In this document: in pieces, positions 1-11,364 of the stretch | Numbering within the stretch: the first letter of the stretch is position 1 | Layout: each line of letters opens with the position of its first letter | NCBI GenBank assembly: GCA_902579065.1 | Contig: CACHFI010000001.1 | Span: 4,152 to 68,151, forward strand | Reading direction: 5' to 3' | DNA length: 64,000 nt | Source: an uncultured Bacteroidota bacterium | Lineage (GTDB): Bacteria > Bacteroidota > Bacteroidia > Flavobacteriales > BACL11 | Program-made: the position numbers and the translations under genes | Notes under the pieces: model-generated | What the model saw: only the letters and a program-made list of their open reading frames with translations | The model's database searches: none | What the model was told of the DNA's origin: nothing

Positions 1-1126
1 TGGAAAATCACTTTTTAATAAAACTATAAAAGATAGAAGAGCTAAAAGCCAAGATAAAATTGATTTGGAAGAGATAGATTTACAATTTAGTAAAGATGCA
101 GATGCTCTTAAAAATATTTTAGCAACCAAACTTTATAATGTAATTGGAGGTAAAGCTTCAAAAGGAGTTAAAAATATTTTAGGTGAGGAAATCATCAAGA
201 AAAGTACAAAGTTCACTAAGAAAATAATTTTAGGTATTGACTTTACAATGGTTGATCCAAACCAATGGACAGCAAGTGAACAAAATAATCTCTTAGTAAA
301 TAGAATTATTTCAAATTACCTAAGAAAGTATAATGAAATATTTGGTGATTATCGAAGAAAAAGATTTGCAATTACAGTTGGTGACGAACTTCCAACTGGA
401 GTTTTACAATTAGCAAAAGTACAAATTGCTCAAAAGAGAAAAGTTAAAGTCGGAGATAAGTTAGCAGGTAGACATGGAAATAAAGGTATTGTTTCTAGAG
501 TAGTTAGAGACGAAGATATGCCTTTCTTAGCTGATGGAACCCCTGTTGATATTATTCTAAATCCACTAGGAGTACCGTCAAGGATGAACTTAGGACAGAT
601 TTATGAAACCATTTTAGGATGGGCTGGTAAAGAGCTTGGTAAAAAATACTTTACACCAGTTTTTGATGGGGCAAATATTGATCAAATAAACAGTGAGACT
701 GATGAAGCAGGTTTACCAAGGTTAGGTCAAACTTTCCTATATGATGGAGGAACAGGAGAAAAATTTGAACAAGCTGCAACAGTTGGAATAATTTATATGC
801 TAAAATTAGGCCATTTAATTGATGATAAAATGCATGCAAGATCAATTGGTCCTTATTCTTTGATTACTCAACAACCGTTAGGTGGTAAGGCTCAGTTTGG
901 AGGACAAAGATTAGGAGAAATGGAGGTATGGGCTCTTGAAGGTTATGGAGCATCAAATATCTTACAAGAAATGCTTACTTTAAAATCTGATGATGTTATC
1001 GGAAGAGCTCAAGCATTCGAAAGTATTGTTAAAGGAAAAGAATTGCCATCTGCAGGTATACCAGAATCATTTAATGTACTATTACACGAACTAAACGGAT
1101 TAGGTTTAAAAATTTCATTTGAATAA
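1..1126 (+). CDS. rpoB: DNA-directed RNA polymerase beta subunit, C-terminal part (5' end lies outside the window)
   Basis: The reading frame starting at nt 2 is open from the window edge, with no stop before the listed TTG at 65. The translation carries conserved beta C-terminal blocks: [25 protein letters not shown] and [50 protein letters not shown]. rpoC follows immediately. Confidence 0.97.
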   Translation, partial: GKSLFNKTIKDRRAKSQDKIDLEEIDLQFSKDADALKNILATKLYNVIGGKASKGVKNILGEEIIKKSTKFTKKIILGIDFTMVDPNQWTASEQNNLLVNRIISNYLRKYNEIFGDYRRKRFAITVGDELPTGVLQLAKVQIAQKRKVKVGDKLAGRHGNKGIVSRVVRDEDMPFLADGTPVDIILNPLGVPSRMNLGQIYETILGWAGKELGKKYFTPVFDGANIDQINSETDEAGLPRLGQTFLYDGGTGEKFEQAATVGIIYMLKLGHLIDDKMHARSIGPYSLITQQPLGGKAQFGGQRLGEMEVWALEGYGASNILQEMLTLKSDDVIGRAQAFESIVKGKELPSAGIPESFNVLLHELNGLGLKISFE

Positions 1127-1130
1127 AAAT

Positions 1131-4100
1131 ATGAGAAACTCTAGAAATAATAAACAGACAAAAGACATCAATAGAATAAAAATTAGTCTTTCTTCACCTG
1201 AAGATATGCTTGAAAAATCATCTGGTGAGGTTGTAAAACCTGAAACAATAAATTACAGAACATATAAACCTGAAAGTGGAGGTTTATTTTGTGAAAGAGT
1301 TTTTGGTCCAACCAAAGACTTTGAATGTCATTGTGGAAAATACAAAAGAATTAGATACAGAGGTATTATATGTGATAGATGTGGTGTTGAAGTTACTGAG
1401 AAAAAAGTAAGAAGAGAGCGTGTTGGGCACATTAGCTTAGTTGTTCCTGTTGCTCATATTTGGTATTTTAAAACTTTACCTAATAAAATTGGTTATCTTC
1501 TTGGTTTGCCTTCAAAGAAACTAGACATGATAATTTATTATGAAAGATATGTGGTTATTAATGTTGGGGGAGAAACAATTTTAAATGATGAGGGTGAAGA
1601 GATTAAATATTTAGATTTTCTAACAGAAGAGGAGTATTTAAATGTTTTAGATAGAATATCTCCTGAAAATCAGTTTTTAGCTGATTCAGATCCAAATAAA
1701 TTTATTGCTAAAATGGGTGCAGAAGCACTTCACGATCTTTTAGCTAATCTTAATTTAGATGAGTTGTCTTATAATTTAAGGCATACTGCTGCAAATGAAA
1801 CCTCTCAACAAAGAAAGGCAGAGTCATTAAAAAGACTACAAGTAGTTGAGGCAATGCGTGAAGCTCAAACACATTCTGAAAATAATCCTGAATGGATGAT
1901 TGTAAAGGTTATTCCTGTAATTCCCCCGGAGCTAAGACCTCTTGTACCGCTTGATGGTGGAAGGTTTGCAACATCTGACTTAAATGATTTATACAGAAGA
2001 GTAATTATAAGAAATAACAGGCTTAAGAGATTAATGGAAATTAATGCTCCTGATATTATTTTAAGAAACGAGAAAAGAATGTTACAAGAGTCAGTAGATG
2101 CTTTATTTGATAATTCAAGAAAAGCTTCAGCAGTAAAAACTGATGGAAAACGTGCATTAAAATCATTATCTGATTCTTTAAAAGGAAAACAAGGTAGGTT
2201 TCGTCAAAATCTTTTAGGAAAAAGAGTTGATTATTCAGCCAGGTCAGTTATTGTTGTTGGACCAAGTCTAAATTTACATGAATGTGGTCTTCCTAAAGAT
2301 ATGTGTGCAGAATTATATAAGCCATTTATTATTAGGAAACTTCTTGAAAGAGGTATCGTTAAAACAGTTAAATCAGCTAAAAAAATCATTGATAGTAGAG
2401 AGCCTGTTGTTTGGGATATTCTTGAAAATGTAATGAAAGGCCATCCTGTATTATTAAATAGGGCTCCAACTCTACACAGATTAGGAATTCAGGCTTTTCA
2501 ACCAAAAATGATTGAAGGAAAAGCTATTCAATTACATCCACTTGCATGTGCCGCATTTAATGCAGATTTTGATGGTGATCAAATGGCAGTTCACTTACCA
2601 CTAGGATCAGCAGCGATTCTTGAAGCTCAGGTACTGATGCTTGCATCACACAATATTTTGAATCCTGCAAATGGCGCTCCAATAACAGTTCCTTCACAAG
2701 ATATGGTTTTAGGTCTCTACTACATGACTAAACATAAAAAGTCAACAGAAGTAGAATTGGTAAAAGGAGAGGGTAAAACATTTTATTCTTTAGAAGAAGT
2801 TAAAATAGCATATAATGAAGGCAAATGTGATTTACATGCAATTGTAAAAGTAAGAGCTAAAAAAGACAATGAATATAAAATAATTGAAACAACAGTTGGA
2901 AGAATATTATTCAACGAATATGTTCCAGGAGAAATTGAATTTGTTGATGAATTATTAACAAAGAAGGCTTTAAGAAATATAATTGGAGAAGTGTTAAATA
3001 AGTGTGGAGTTGCTAAAACTGTTCATTTCTTAGATGCAATAAAGAACATTGGTTTTGAAATGGCCTTTAAAGGTGGGTTATCCTTCAATTTGGGAGATGT
3101 TTTAGTTCCAGAAGAAAAAGAAAATCTAATTGAATCAGCTAATAAGAAAGTAGATGAAATTAGATCAAATTATCAAATGGGATTCATTACAAATAATGAA
3201 AGATATAACCAAGTTATAGATGTTTGGACAACTACAAATGCTAGGTTAACGGACATTGTTATGAGAAATATTAGTTCTGATAAACAAGGGTTTAATTCTG
3301 TGTATATGATGTTAGATTCTGGAGCTAGAGGTTCAAAAGAACAAATTCGTCAGTTATCAGGTATGAGAGGATTAATGGCTAAACCAAAAAAGTCTGGAGA
3401 TCATGGTGAATCAATTATTGAAAATCCAATTACTACTAACTTTAGAGAAGGTTTATCAATTTTAGAATATTTTATATCAACTCACGGTGCAAGAAAAGGA
3501 TTAGCAGATACAGCCCTCAAAACGGCTGATGCTGGTTATTTAACAAGAAGATTAGTTGATGTTGCTCAAGATGTTATTATAACAGAAGATGATTGTGGTA
3601 CACTAAGAGGTATTACAGTTACTGCACTTAAAAATAATGATGATATAATTGAAAGTCTAAGTGATAGAATTATTGGAAGAGTTTCTTTACATGATGTATA
3701 TAAACTTAATTCTGATGATGTTCTTGTTGCTTCAGGTGAGCTAATAACATATCAAATTGCAAAAGAAATTGAAAAGCAAGGTATAGAAAGCGTTGAAATT
3801 AGATCTGCTTTAACTTGTGCAACAAAAAGAGGTGTTTGTAGTAAATGTTATGGTAAATCATTAGCAACCGACAGGATGGCCCAAGTTGGAGAAGCTGTTG
3901 GTGTTATTGCAGCTCAGTCTGTTGGAGAGCCAGGAACACAATTAACACTACGTACTTTCCATGTTGGAGGAACAGCATCTAGATCTGAAGTTGATTCAAA
4001 TATTGTTGTTAAAAAAGAGGGTAAACTTGAGATTGAAGATTTAAAAACTGTTACCAATAAAAATTCAGAAGGTGATAAGGTAGAAATTGTTGTAAGTAGA

Positions 4101-5444
4101 ACTGCTGAAGCAAAAGTAATTGATGATAAAAATGGATTCATTCTTTCTACTAATATTATTCCTTATGGATCAGTTATTCTAAAAAAATCTGGTTCTGTTA
4201 AAAAGGGAGATGTTATTTGTGAGTGGGATCCATATAATGCTGTAATTGTTTCTGATATTTCAGGTAAAGTTCAATTCAATGACATTGAAGAAGGATTAAC
4301 AAGTAGAGTTGAATCTGATGAACAAACCGGACATAAGGAGAATGTTATCATTGATAGCAGAAATAAAAAATTGAATCCTTCCATTACAATTTTATCTAAA
4401 AAAGATGAGAAAGTGTTTAATGTTCCTGTTGGAGCGCACATTTCTGTTAATGATAAAGATAAGATTGATGCAGGTACAATTATAGCAAAGATTCCTAGAT
4501 CAGCAGGTTCTTCTGGTGATATTACTGGAGGATTACCTAGAGTTACAGAGATGTTTGAAGCTAGAAATCCATCTAACCCTGCTGTTGTAACAGAAATAGA
4601 TGGGATAGTTTCATTGGGTAAAATTAAAAGAGGAAATAGAGAAGTTATAATAACATCAAAAAGTGGAGAAGTAAAAAAATATCTGATAAAATTATCTAAA
4701 CATATTTTAGTACAAGAAAATGATTTTGTTAAATCAGGATCTCCTTTATGTGATGGAGTTATTACACCTTCTGACATATTAGCAATAAAAGGTGTTACTA
4801 CTGTTCAAGAATATATTGTTAATGAGATACAAGATGTGTATAGATTACAGGGGGTAAAAATCAATGATAAACATTTTGAAGTCTTGGTAAGACAAATGAT
4901 GAGAAAAGTTGAAATTATTGATTCAGGTGATACTTATTTCTTAGAAAAACAACTTGTTGGTAAAACTGAATTCAATGAACAAAACGACAATATCTTTGGA
5001 AAACAGTTTATTACAAATCCAGGAGATTCTACAGAATTTAAGGCTGGTCAGATTGTAAGTGTTAGAGAACTAAGAGAAGAAAATTCTAGAATTAAAAGAA
5101 AAGATGGTGTGATTATTGAATCTAGAGATGCTGTTCCTGCTGTTTCAAGTCCTGTTCTTCAAGGAATAACAAGAGCATCATTACAGGTAGATAGCTGGAT
5201 ATCTGCAGCTTCTTTCCAACAAACAACTAAAGTATTAAACGAAGCAGCAATTAATGCTAAGAGAGATCCATTAATTGGACTCAAGGAAAACGTTATCATT
5301 GGTAAAAAGATCCCAGCTGGAACTGGTTTAGTCAATGGTGAAGATGTTGTTGTTGGATCACAAGTTGAGATGGATCAATTAAATGAATCTGATGAAATTT
5401 CTGATGAAATTGAAGTGCTTGAAAATCTAACAGAAGAAAAATAA
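1131..5444 (+). CDS. rpoC: DNA-directed RNA polymerase beta' subunit
   Basis: Contains the catalytic [12 protein letters not shown] motif, the N-terminal zinc motif [23 protein letters not shown], and trigger-loop/bridge-helix blocks. The ORF track starts at TTG 1119, overlapping the rpoB stop. ATG 1131 (MRNSRNNKQ...) is the more likely start. Confidence 0.97.
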   Translation: MRNSRNNKQTKDINRIKISLSSPEDMLEKSSGEVVKPETINYRTYKPESGGLFCERVFGPTKDFECHCGKYKRIRYRGIICDRCGVEVTEKKVRRERVGHISLVVPVAHIWYFKTLPNKIGYLLGLPSKKLDMIIYYERYVVINVGGETILNDEGEEIKYLDFLTEEEYLNVLDRISPENQFLADSDPNKFIAKMGAEALHDLLANLNLDELSYNLRHTAANETSQQRKAESLKRLQVVEAMREAQTHSENNPEWMIVKVIPVIPPELRPLVPLDGGRFATSDLNDLYRRVIIRNNRLKRLMEINAPDIILRNEKRMLQESVDALFDNSRKASAVKTDGKRALKSLSDSLKGKQGRFRQNLLGKRVDYSARSVIVVGPSLNLHECGLPKDMCAELYKPFIIRKLLERGIVKTVKSAKKIIDSREPVVWDILENVMKGHPVLLNRAPTLHRLGIQAFQPKMIEGKAIQLHPLACAAFNADFDGDQMAVHLPLGSAAILEAQVLMLASHNILNPANGAPITVPSQDMVLGLYYMTKHKKSTEVELVKGEGKTFYSLEEVKIAYNEGKCDLHAIVKVRAKKDNEYKIIETTVGRILFNEYVPGEIEFVDELLTKKALRNIIGEVLNKCGVAKTVHFLDAIKNIGFEMAFKGGLSFNLGDVLVPEEKENLIESANKKVDEIRSNYQMGFITNNERYNQVIDVWTTTNARLTDIVMRNISSDKQGFNSVYMMLDSGARGSKEQIRQLSGMRGLMAKPKKSGDHGESIIENPITTNFREGLSILEYFISTHGARKGLADTALKTADAGYLTRRLVDVAQDVIITEDDCGTLRGITVTALKNNDDIIESLSDRIIGRVSLHDVYKLNSDDVLVASGELITYQIAKEIEKQGIESVEIRSALTCATKRGVCSKCYGKSLATDRMAQVGEAVGVIAAQSVGEPGTQLTLRTFHVGGTASRSEVDSNIVVKKEGKLEIEDLKTVTNKNSEGDKVEIVVSRTAEAKVIDDKNGFILSTNIIPYGSVILKKSGSVKKGDVICEWDPYNAVIVSDISGKVQFNDIEEGLTSRVESDEQTGHKENVIIDSRNKKLNPSITILSKKDEKVFNVPVGAHISVNDKDKIDAGTIIAKIPRSAGSSGDITGGLPRVTEMFEARNPSNPAVVTEIDGIVSLGKIKRGNREVIITSKSGEVKKYLIKLSKHILVQENDFVKSGSPLCDGVITPSDILAIKGVTTVQEYIVNEIQDVYRLQGVKINDKHFEVLVRQMMRKVEIIDSGDTYFLEKQLVGKTEFNEQNDNIFGKQFITNPGDSTEFKAGQIVSVRELREENSRIKRKDGVIIESRDAVPAVSSPVLQGITRASLQVDSWISAASFQQTTKVLNEAAINAKRDPLIGLKENVIIGKKIPAGTGLVNGEDVVVGSQVEMDQLNESDEISDEIEVLENLTEEK

Positions 5445-5447
5445 TAT

Positions 5448-5762
5448 ATGGATGATAATAAGAAAAAGGATGGTTTAAATATTGAGCTTTCTGAAGAAGT
5501 TGCTCAAGGAAGTTACAGTAATTTAGCAATAATTAATCATTCTCCTTCTGAGTTTGTTTTAGACTTTATTCAAATGATGCCCGGAGTTCCAAAAGCAAAA
5601 GTTAAATCTAGAATAATATTAACACCTCAACATGCAAAAAGATTAATGAAAGCTTTGAATGATAATGTTTCAAAGTATGAAGATCAGCATGGTGAAATTC
5701 AAGACTTAGATCCAGGAAAGGGAGTTCCAATTAATTTTGGTGGTCCTGCTGCTCAGGCATAA
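5448..5762 (+). CDS. DUF3467-family small protein, tightly coupled to rpoC
   Basis: 104-aa ORF starting 4 nt after the rpoC stop. The core SYSNLAIINHSPSEFVLDFIQMMPG...RIILTPQHAKRLMKAL matches my recollection of the DUF3467 family found downstream of rpoC in Bacteroidota. Confidence 0.7.
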   Translation: MDDNKKKDGLNIELSEEVAQGSYSNLAIINHSPSEFVLDFIQMMPGVPKAKVKSRIILTPQHAKRLMKALNDNVSKYEDQHGEIQDLDPGKGVPINFGGPAAQA

Positions 5763-5768
5763 ATTTCT

Positions 5769-7397
5769 TTATTCTTCTAAGAAAGGATATCTATAGTCAA
5801 TAGGTGGATTAAAAGTTTCTTTAATTGTTCTTGGAGAAACCCACCTAAGTAAATTTAGAACAGATCCAGCTTTATCATTTGTTCCAGATCCTCTTGAACC
5901 ACCGAAAGGTTGTTGTCCGACAACAGCTCCAGTTGGCTTGTCATTTATATAGAAATTACCTGCAGAATTTTCAAGTTTTTTTGTTGCTTGATCAATAGCA
6001 TATCTATCAGTTGAGAAAACAGCACCTGTTAGCGCATAATCACTTGTCTGATCAACAAGTTTTAAAGTTTCTAACCAATTATTTTCATCATAAACATAAA
6101 TTGTAATCACAGGACCAAAAATTTCTTCACACATTGTTTTAAATTTAGGGTCTTTAGTTACAATAATTGTTGGTTCAATGAAATATCCTTTAGTTTTATC
6201 ATAATTACCACCAGCTATGATTTCAGCATTGTTATCTTTTTTAGCAAAATCAATATATTCAGAAATACTATCAAAAGCACTTTCACTAATAACAGCATTT
6301 ATAAAATTTGTTGGATCTTCAGGGCTTCCCATTTTAAATGAACTTACATCATCCAAAATTTGTTTCTTTACTGTTTTCCAAATATTTGATGGTATGTAAG
6401 CTCTCGAAGCTGCTGAACATTTTTGTCCTTGATATTCAAATGCTCCTCTGGAGATACCGGTTGCAACTTGTAAAGGATTTGCTGATTTATGTGCAATAAT
6501 AAAATCTTTTCCACCGGTTTCACCAACTATTCTAGGGTAGCTTTTGTATTTAGAAATATTATTACCAATAGTTTTCCATAGATTTCTAAAAACGTGCGTC
6601 GATCCCGTAAAATGTAGACCAGAAAAATCTTTATGATTAAAAATAACTTCTCCAATTTCAGATCCAGATGAAGGAACCATATTAATTACTCCATCAGGTA
6701 ATCCAGCTTCTTTAAAAAGATCCATAATAACCTTTGCAGAATAAACTTGAGTTGAAGCAGGTTTCCATACAACTACATTTCCCATTAAAGCAGGTGCAGC
6801 GCATAAGTTTGCACATATTGAAGTAAAATTAAAAGGAGTTATAGCAAATACAAATCCTTCTAATGGACGATGTTCTAATCTGTTCCAAACTCCAGGAGAA
6901 GATTCAGGTTGTTCAGAATATAATTTTGTTACATATTCAGTATTAAATTTAAAAAAGTCAATTAATTCACATGCTGCATCAATTTCTGCTTGATATACAT
7001 TTTTTGATTGCGCAATCATTGTAGCGGCATTTAATTTATCTCTGTATGGACCAGCTAGTAATTCAGCGGCTTTTAAAAAAATAGCTACTCTATGATTCCA
7101 ATCTAAATTACTCCAATTCTCTTTGGCTTTTAAAGCACAATCTATAGCTGTTTCAATATTATTTTTGTCTGCTACATTGTAAGTACCTATTATATGATTA
7201 TGATCATGAGGTGGGTAGATGTTTTTTTTATTTTTAGTGTAAATTTCTTCACCACCAATATATAGAGGGATCTCTATATTTGAGTTATACATTTCCTTAT
7301 AGGATGATAATAGACTATTTCTTTCTAAACTTCCTTTAACGTATGATTTTACAGGCTCATTTGTAGCTATTGGTACATTGAAAACTCCTTTTGACAT
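5769..7397 (-). CDS. pruA: L-glutamate gamma-semialdehyde (1-pyrroline-5-carboxylate) dehydrogenase
   Basis: 542-aa aldehyde dehydrogenase superfamily protein. It has the catalytic region EYQGQKCSAASRAYIP, the block GETGGKDF, and the C-terminal QPFGGSRGSGTNDKAGS block typical of P5C dehydrogenases. Confidence 0.88.
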   Translation of the reverse strand: MSKGVFNVPIATNEPVKSYVKGSLERNSLLSSYKEMYNSNIEIPLYIGGEEIYTKNKKNIYPPHDHNHIIGTYNVADKNNIETAIDCALKAKENWSNLDWNHRVAIFLKAAELLAGPYRDKLNAATMIAQSKNVYQAEIDAACELIDFFKFNTEYVTKLYSEQPESSPGVWNRLEHRPLEGFVFAITPFNFTSICANLCAAPALMGNVVVWKPASTQVYSAKVIMDLFKEAGLPDGVINMVPSSGSEIGEVIFNHKDFSGLHFTGSTHVFRNLWKTIGNNISKYKSYPRIVGETGGKDFIIAHKSANPLQVATGISRGAFEYQGQKCSAASRAYIPSNIWKTVKKQILDDVSSFKMGSPEDPTNFINAVISESAFDSISEYIDFAKKDNNAEIIAGGNYDKTKGYFIEPTIIVTKDPKFKTMCEEIFGPVITIYVYDENNWLETLKLVDQTSDYALTGAVFSTDRYAIDQATKKLENSAGNFYINDKPTGAVVGQQPFGGSRGSGTNDKAGSVLNLLRWVSPRTIKETFNPPIDYRYPFLEE

Positions 7398-7434
7398 ATT
7401 CTATTTTTATTATTTAATTTTTTGATAAAGATAA

Positions 7435-8736
7435 TTAAAAAAGTTCTTTAGAAAGTTCCTCTGTAAAGCCAATTAATCTTTCAAATCTTTCATTTAAACT
7501 TTTGTAGTAAACATATATTTGATATTTGTTTCTTGTTTGGTAATGGGTTCCTTCAATTGATAATACATCAAGATAATTAAGTGAAGTGTCATTAATAGCA
7601 TAATGGTAATTGTAATATCCCTGCTTTAACTCAACTTTAGCTTCATATTTGTTTTTTTGAAAATTATATTCAAGTTTATAGTTTTCATTGATTTTCCAAT
7701 TATTTAACTCACCTATTATATATACATCTCCATTAGTTATAAAATCACTATTTAATTCAAAATTTACATTTACATATTCTGATTCAATATCAGAGTTTCT
7801 TGCTTCTTGAGATTTTATATAAAAATTTCCATTTAAATCAGGCTCAATAGAGTAATTATTAAATGTTCTTTTAAAATCAGGATAGAGAATAACCTCATAA
7901 TTAATTGAATCTTTAGTTATGTTGTTAACTCTATCTGAAAAATATCTAAGACTCTTTATGTCAAAATGTCTAAATTCATTATTACCATAAAAAGTATTTT
8001 CTTCATTATAATCATAGATTAATGTATTGTTTCTTATATACATAGGCAATAAGTCTCTTATTGCATTATCGTCTTTATTATTTTGTTTAATTACTATCTT
8101 TATTTGAGAAAAAGGATCAGTGATATTAAAATTTGGATGGTTAATTGAAAAATCTATTTCGTGCTTTGTTTTTCGATCAGCAGATAATGTAGCTTTTTTG
8201 ATATTCATATTTATATTTATCATGTTTTCAATTATCATGAACTTTTTTGTTATAATAGTATCACCATTAAGATCAAATATTTTTAATTTGTAATTTCCAG
8301 AAATTAGAGGTTTTAAATTTTCACTTGGAAAAATATATTTGTAATGTATGTAGTTTTTTAATGTGTTGAATGAAAATTCATAATCAATAATTTCATCTTT
8401 AATAAAACCATCAACAAATTCTGATTTCAATAAATTGCTTTTTTTTCCATCTGAATCATAATGATCTATTGTAACATAAAAAGTTGATAAATCATTACTT
8501 AAATCATCAAAACTAAGTTCTAATTTTTCATTTGAATTTAGATTAATAATTGGAAGACTCAACTCATCATTAATTTTATGAAGACGAATTGTCTTTAAAT
8601 CATACTCTATTTTGTTATACGCTTCAACAGTTGAATCAGTTTCATAACTTTTTGTTAATTTTTCTGTCTCTTGAATCATTTGTGATCGACAGCCAATTAG
8701 AGTAACGATTAATACGAAAAGTACTTTTTTATTCAT
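7435..8736 (-). CDS. Lipoprotein, DUF5103-like (T9SS plug-protein family candidate) with a C-terminal CBM48/AMPK-beta-like beta-sandwich
   Basis: Has a lipoprotein signal (MNKKVLFVLIVTLIGC). The length and the N-terminal IRLHKINDELSLPIINLNSNEKLELSFDDL pattern recall DUF5103. The C-terminus (VNFELNS...GDVYIIGELNNWK...KVELKQGYYNYHYAI) resembles a glycogen-binding-type fold. The family assignment is from memory and was not searched. Confidence 0.5.
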   Translation of the reverse strand: MNKKVLFVLIVTLIGCRSQMIQETEKLTKSYETDSTVEAYNKIEYDLKTIRLHKINDELSLPIINLNSNEKLELSFDDLSNDLSTFYVTIDHYDSDGKKSNLLKSEFVDGFIKDEIIDYEFSFNTLKNYIHYKYIFPSENLKPLISGNYKLKIFDLNGDTIITKKFMIIENMININMNIKKATLSADRKTKHEIDFSINHPNFNITDPFSQIKIVIKQNNKDDNAIRDLLPMYIRNNTLIYDYNEENTFYGNNEFRHFDIKSLRYFSDRVNNITKDSINYEVILYPDFKRTFNNYSIEPDLNGNFYIKSQEARNSDIESEYVNVNFELNSDFITNGDVYIIGELNNWKINENYKLEYNFQKNKYEAKVELKQGYYNYHYAINDTSLNYLDVLSIEGTHYQTRNKYQIYVYYKSLNERFERLIGFTEELSKELF

Positions 8737-8816
8737 TATAATTTAGAATCATTCTAAATAAACAATATCTCTAAAATTAAGACAGAAATATACGTGTTAT
8801 TTAATATGCAAATTTA

Positions 8817-8824
8817 TAAATTTG
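8817..8824 (+). promoter_or_regulatory. Bacteroidota-type -7 promoter box (TAAATTTG) upstream of nqrA
   Basis: Exact match to the TAnnTTTG consensus, 25 nt upstream of the nqrA ATG. No clear -33 TTTG partner was seen. Confidence 0.4.
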
Positions 8825-8849
8825 CACACGAAAAATCTAATTTATTTTA

Positions 8850-10203
8850 ATGTCGCAAAGCGTACGAATAAGAAGAGGGTTAAACATCAATTTATTAGGA
8901 GAGGCTGATAAAGTTTATGCTTCTGTAAAAAACCACAATATTTACGCTATTAAGCCAACTGATTTTCATGGTCTTACTCCAAAACTTTCCGTTAAAGTGG
9001 GTGACAAAGTTTTAGCAGGTTCTGTTATATTTTTTGATAAATACAATGAGAGAATTAAGTTCTGTTCTCCAGTAAGTGGTACTATAAAAGATATTGTAAG
9101 AGGAGAAAAGAGAAGAATTTTAGAGGTAATTATTGAGTCTGACAATGAGCAAAAAAAATGAATCCCATTCTCCATTAAATGTTAAAAACGCTAACAGAGA
9201 ACAACTAATTGATCACATGCTTTCTAATGGAGTTTGGCCTTTTATAAGACAAAAACCATACGACATTATTGCAAATCCATCAGATATGCCGAAAGCTATT
9301 TTTATTTCTGCATTCAAATCAGGACCATTAGCGATTGATAATGATTTTGCTCTTTATGGAATGGATGATCTTTTTCAGTCAGGATTAGATATAATTACTA
9401 AGCTTACAAATGGTAAAACTCACTTAAATTTAGATGGAAATACTAATTCCTCTAAGGTTTTTTCTGAAGCAAAAGGTGTGGAAATTAATTCATTTAGTGG
9501 TCCACACCCCGCTGGAAATGTAGGTGTTCAAATTCACCATATAAATCCTATTAATAAAGGAGATATTGTATGGTACTTAGAACCACAGGATGTTATTGTA
9601 ATCGCAAGACTTTTTAATGAAGGAAAATATGATGTTTCAAGAATTATTTCATTATGTGGCTCTGAGGTTTCCAAACCAAGATATTACAGAACTATTTCTG
9701 GGACATGTGTATCAAATTTAATTGCTGATAATGTTGAAAATGATAATAATAGAATCATATGTGGTGATGTTTTATCAGGAACCAAAATTGACAAGAACGG
9801 TTATTTAGGTTTTTATGATACTCAACTAACCGTAATTAAGGAAGGTAACGAACAAGAATTTTTAGGTTGGGCATTACCAGGATTTAATAAGTTTTCAATG
9901 TCTAAATCTTATTTTTCATGGTTATTTCCAAAGAGAAAGTATGATATTGATACAAATATGAGAGGAGAAGAAAGAGCATATGTTGTAACAGGTCAATATG
10001 AAAAAGTCTTGCCAATGGATATTTATCCACAACAGTTAATTAAGGCAATTATGATTGAAGATATTGATTTGATGGAAAAGTTAGGTTTATATGAAGTTGG
10101 TCCTGAAGATTTAGCATTATGTGAATTTGTATGTACTTCGAAGATTGAAGTTCAATCTATTATTAGACACGGTCTAGATTTATTAAGAAAGGAAAATTTA
10201 TAG
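8850..10203 (+). pseudogene. nqrA: Na+-translocating NADH:quinone reductase subunit A, interrupted by a frame change at an A8 run (as sequenced)
   Basis: ORF 8850..9161 encodes the NqrA N-terminus (IRRGLNINLLGEA...KPTDFHGLTPKL.VKVGDKV.AGS). ORF 9133..10203, in the +1 frame, encodes the remainder (GVWPFIRQKPYD...PKAIFISAF...GPHPAGNVGVQIHH). The junction is caa aaa aaa tga at 9150..9161. Removing one A gives a continuous protein of about 450 aa. Confidence 0.9.
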
Positions 10204-10206
10204 TTA

Positions 10207-11364
10207 ATGAAGTTATTTAAAAATATTTTATCGTCTGTTAAACCCCATTTTTCCAAAGGTGGAAAGCTAGAAAAGTTATATCCAGCATACGATGCTTTTG
10301 AAACTTTTTTATTTGTTCCAGATCATACTACACACAAAGGAACACATATTAAGGATGCAATCGATCTAAAACGAACTATGGCTCTTGTTGTTCTTTCAAT
10401 GTTACCATGTATATTGTTTGGTATGTGGAATATTGGTGATCAATATTACAAAGCATTAAATGTTGAAGCAACTTTTTTTGAAAATCTAACATTTGGATTT
10501 TGGAAATTTATGCCACTATTAATAGTATCTTATGCTGTTGGGTTATCTGTAGAGTTTGCTTTTGCAATTTCAAGAGGCCACCAAGTTAATGAGGGATATC
10601 TAGTTTCAGGAATGCTCATTCCTCTTATAATGCCTGTTGATGTACCATTATGGATGTTAGCAGTTTCTGTTGTTTTTGCAGTTGTTATTGGTAAAGAAGT
10701 TTTTGGAGGGACGGGAATGAATATTTTAAATCCAGCTCTTACAGCAAGAGCTTTTCTATTTTTTGCTCACCCATCCTACATGTCAGGAGACAAAGTTTGG
10801 GTACATGGTGCTTCAGTAGATGGATATTCTGGAGAAACAATTCTTGGTGCTTTGGCTGCAAATACCACAAATTGGAATAGTTTAATCTGGAATGCTTCCG
10901 AGGCTTTCTTTGGTTTTATTCCAGGTTCTGTTGGTGAAACATCTTTCTTAGCTATTTTAATTGGAGCTGCTATTTTGATACTTAGCGGAATTGGTAGTTG
11001 GAGGATTATATTATTTACATTTATAGGTGGTTATTTAACTGCTTTGTTATTTAACCTATGGGGTGCAAATGCTCTAATGTCAACACCTGCACATATTCAT
11101 CTAATAATAGGTGGATTTGCTTTTGGTGCTGTTTTTATGGCCACTGATCCAGTAACTGCAACACAAACAAATAAAGGTAAAATTATTTATGGCCTATTGG
11201 TAGGGTTTTTTGCTATAGTGATTAGAGTCTTTAATCCTGCATATCCTGAAGGGATGATGCTTGCTATCTTATTTATGAATGTATTTGCTCCACTAATTGA
11301 TCATTACATTATTGAAGGAAATGTAAAGAAAAGACTAAGTAGAATTAAAGTATTACCATCATGA
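10207..11364 (+). CDS. nqrB: Na+-NQR subunit B
   Basis: Polytopic membrane protein with HIKDAIDLKRTM, GKEVFGGTGMN.LNPAL and FMATDPVT blocks typical of NqrB/RnfD. It sits in the nqr operon. Confidence 0.93.
   Translation: MKLFKNILSSVKPHFSKGGKLEKLYPAYDAFETFLFVPDHTTHKGTHIKDAIDLKRTMALVVLSMLPCILFGMWNIGDQYYKALNVEATFFENLTFGFWKFMPLLIVSYAVGLSVEFAFAISRGHQVNEGYLVSGMLIPLIMPVDVPLWMLAVSVVFAVVIGKEVFGGTGMNILNPALTARAFLFFAHPSYMSGDKVWVHGASVDGYSGETILGALAANTTNWNSLIWNASEAFFGFIPGSVGETSFLAILIGAAILILSGIGSWRIILFTFIGGYLTALLFNLWGANALMSTPAHIHLIIGGFAFGAVFMATDPVTATQTNKGKIIYGLLVGFFAIVIRVFNPAYPEGMMLAILFMNVFAPLIDHYIIEGNVKKRLSRIKVLPS

Noticed and set aside
4271-4777. 168-aa ORF antisense to rpoC. Similar antisense or alternative-frame ORFs occur at 651-845, 3914-4141, 5332-5529, 6217-6399, 8966-9175, 11858-12121, 15351-15725, 16863-17063, 18097-18312, 19224-19430, 22545-22814, 23203-23391, 23904-24098, 25206-25439, 26627-26890, 28551-28745, 29995-30333, 30973-31188, 31957-32226, 32646-32885, 34133-34432, 36050-36253, 38504-38722, 47019-47210, 52234-52443, 54547-54843, 57388-57579, 58972-59178, 61982-62170 and 62344-62553.
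   Set aside because: All lie inside, or substantially overlap, strongly supported genes. Their composition is low-complexity and Leu/Ser/Phe/Ile-rich, as expected from reading AT-rich coding sequence out of frame or in reverse. None shows a recognisable motif.
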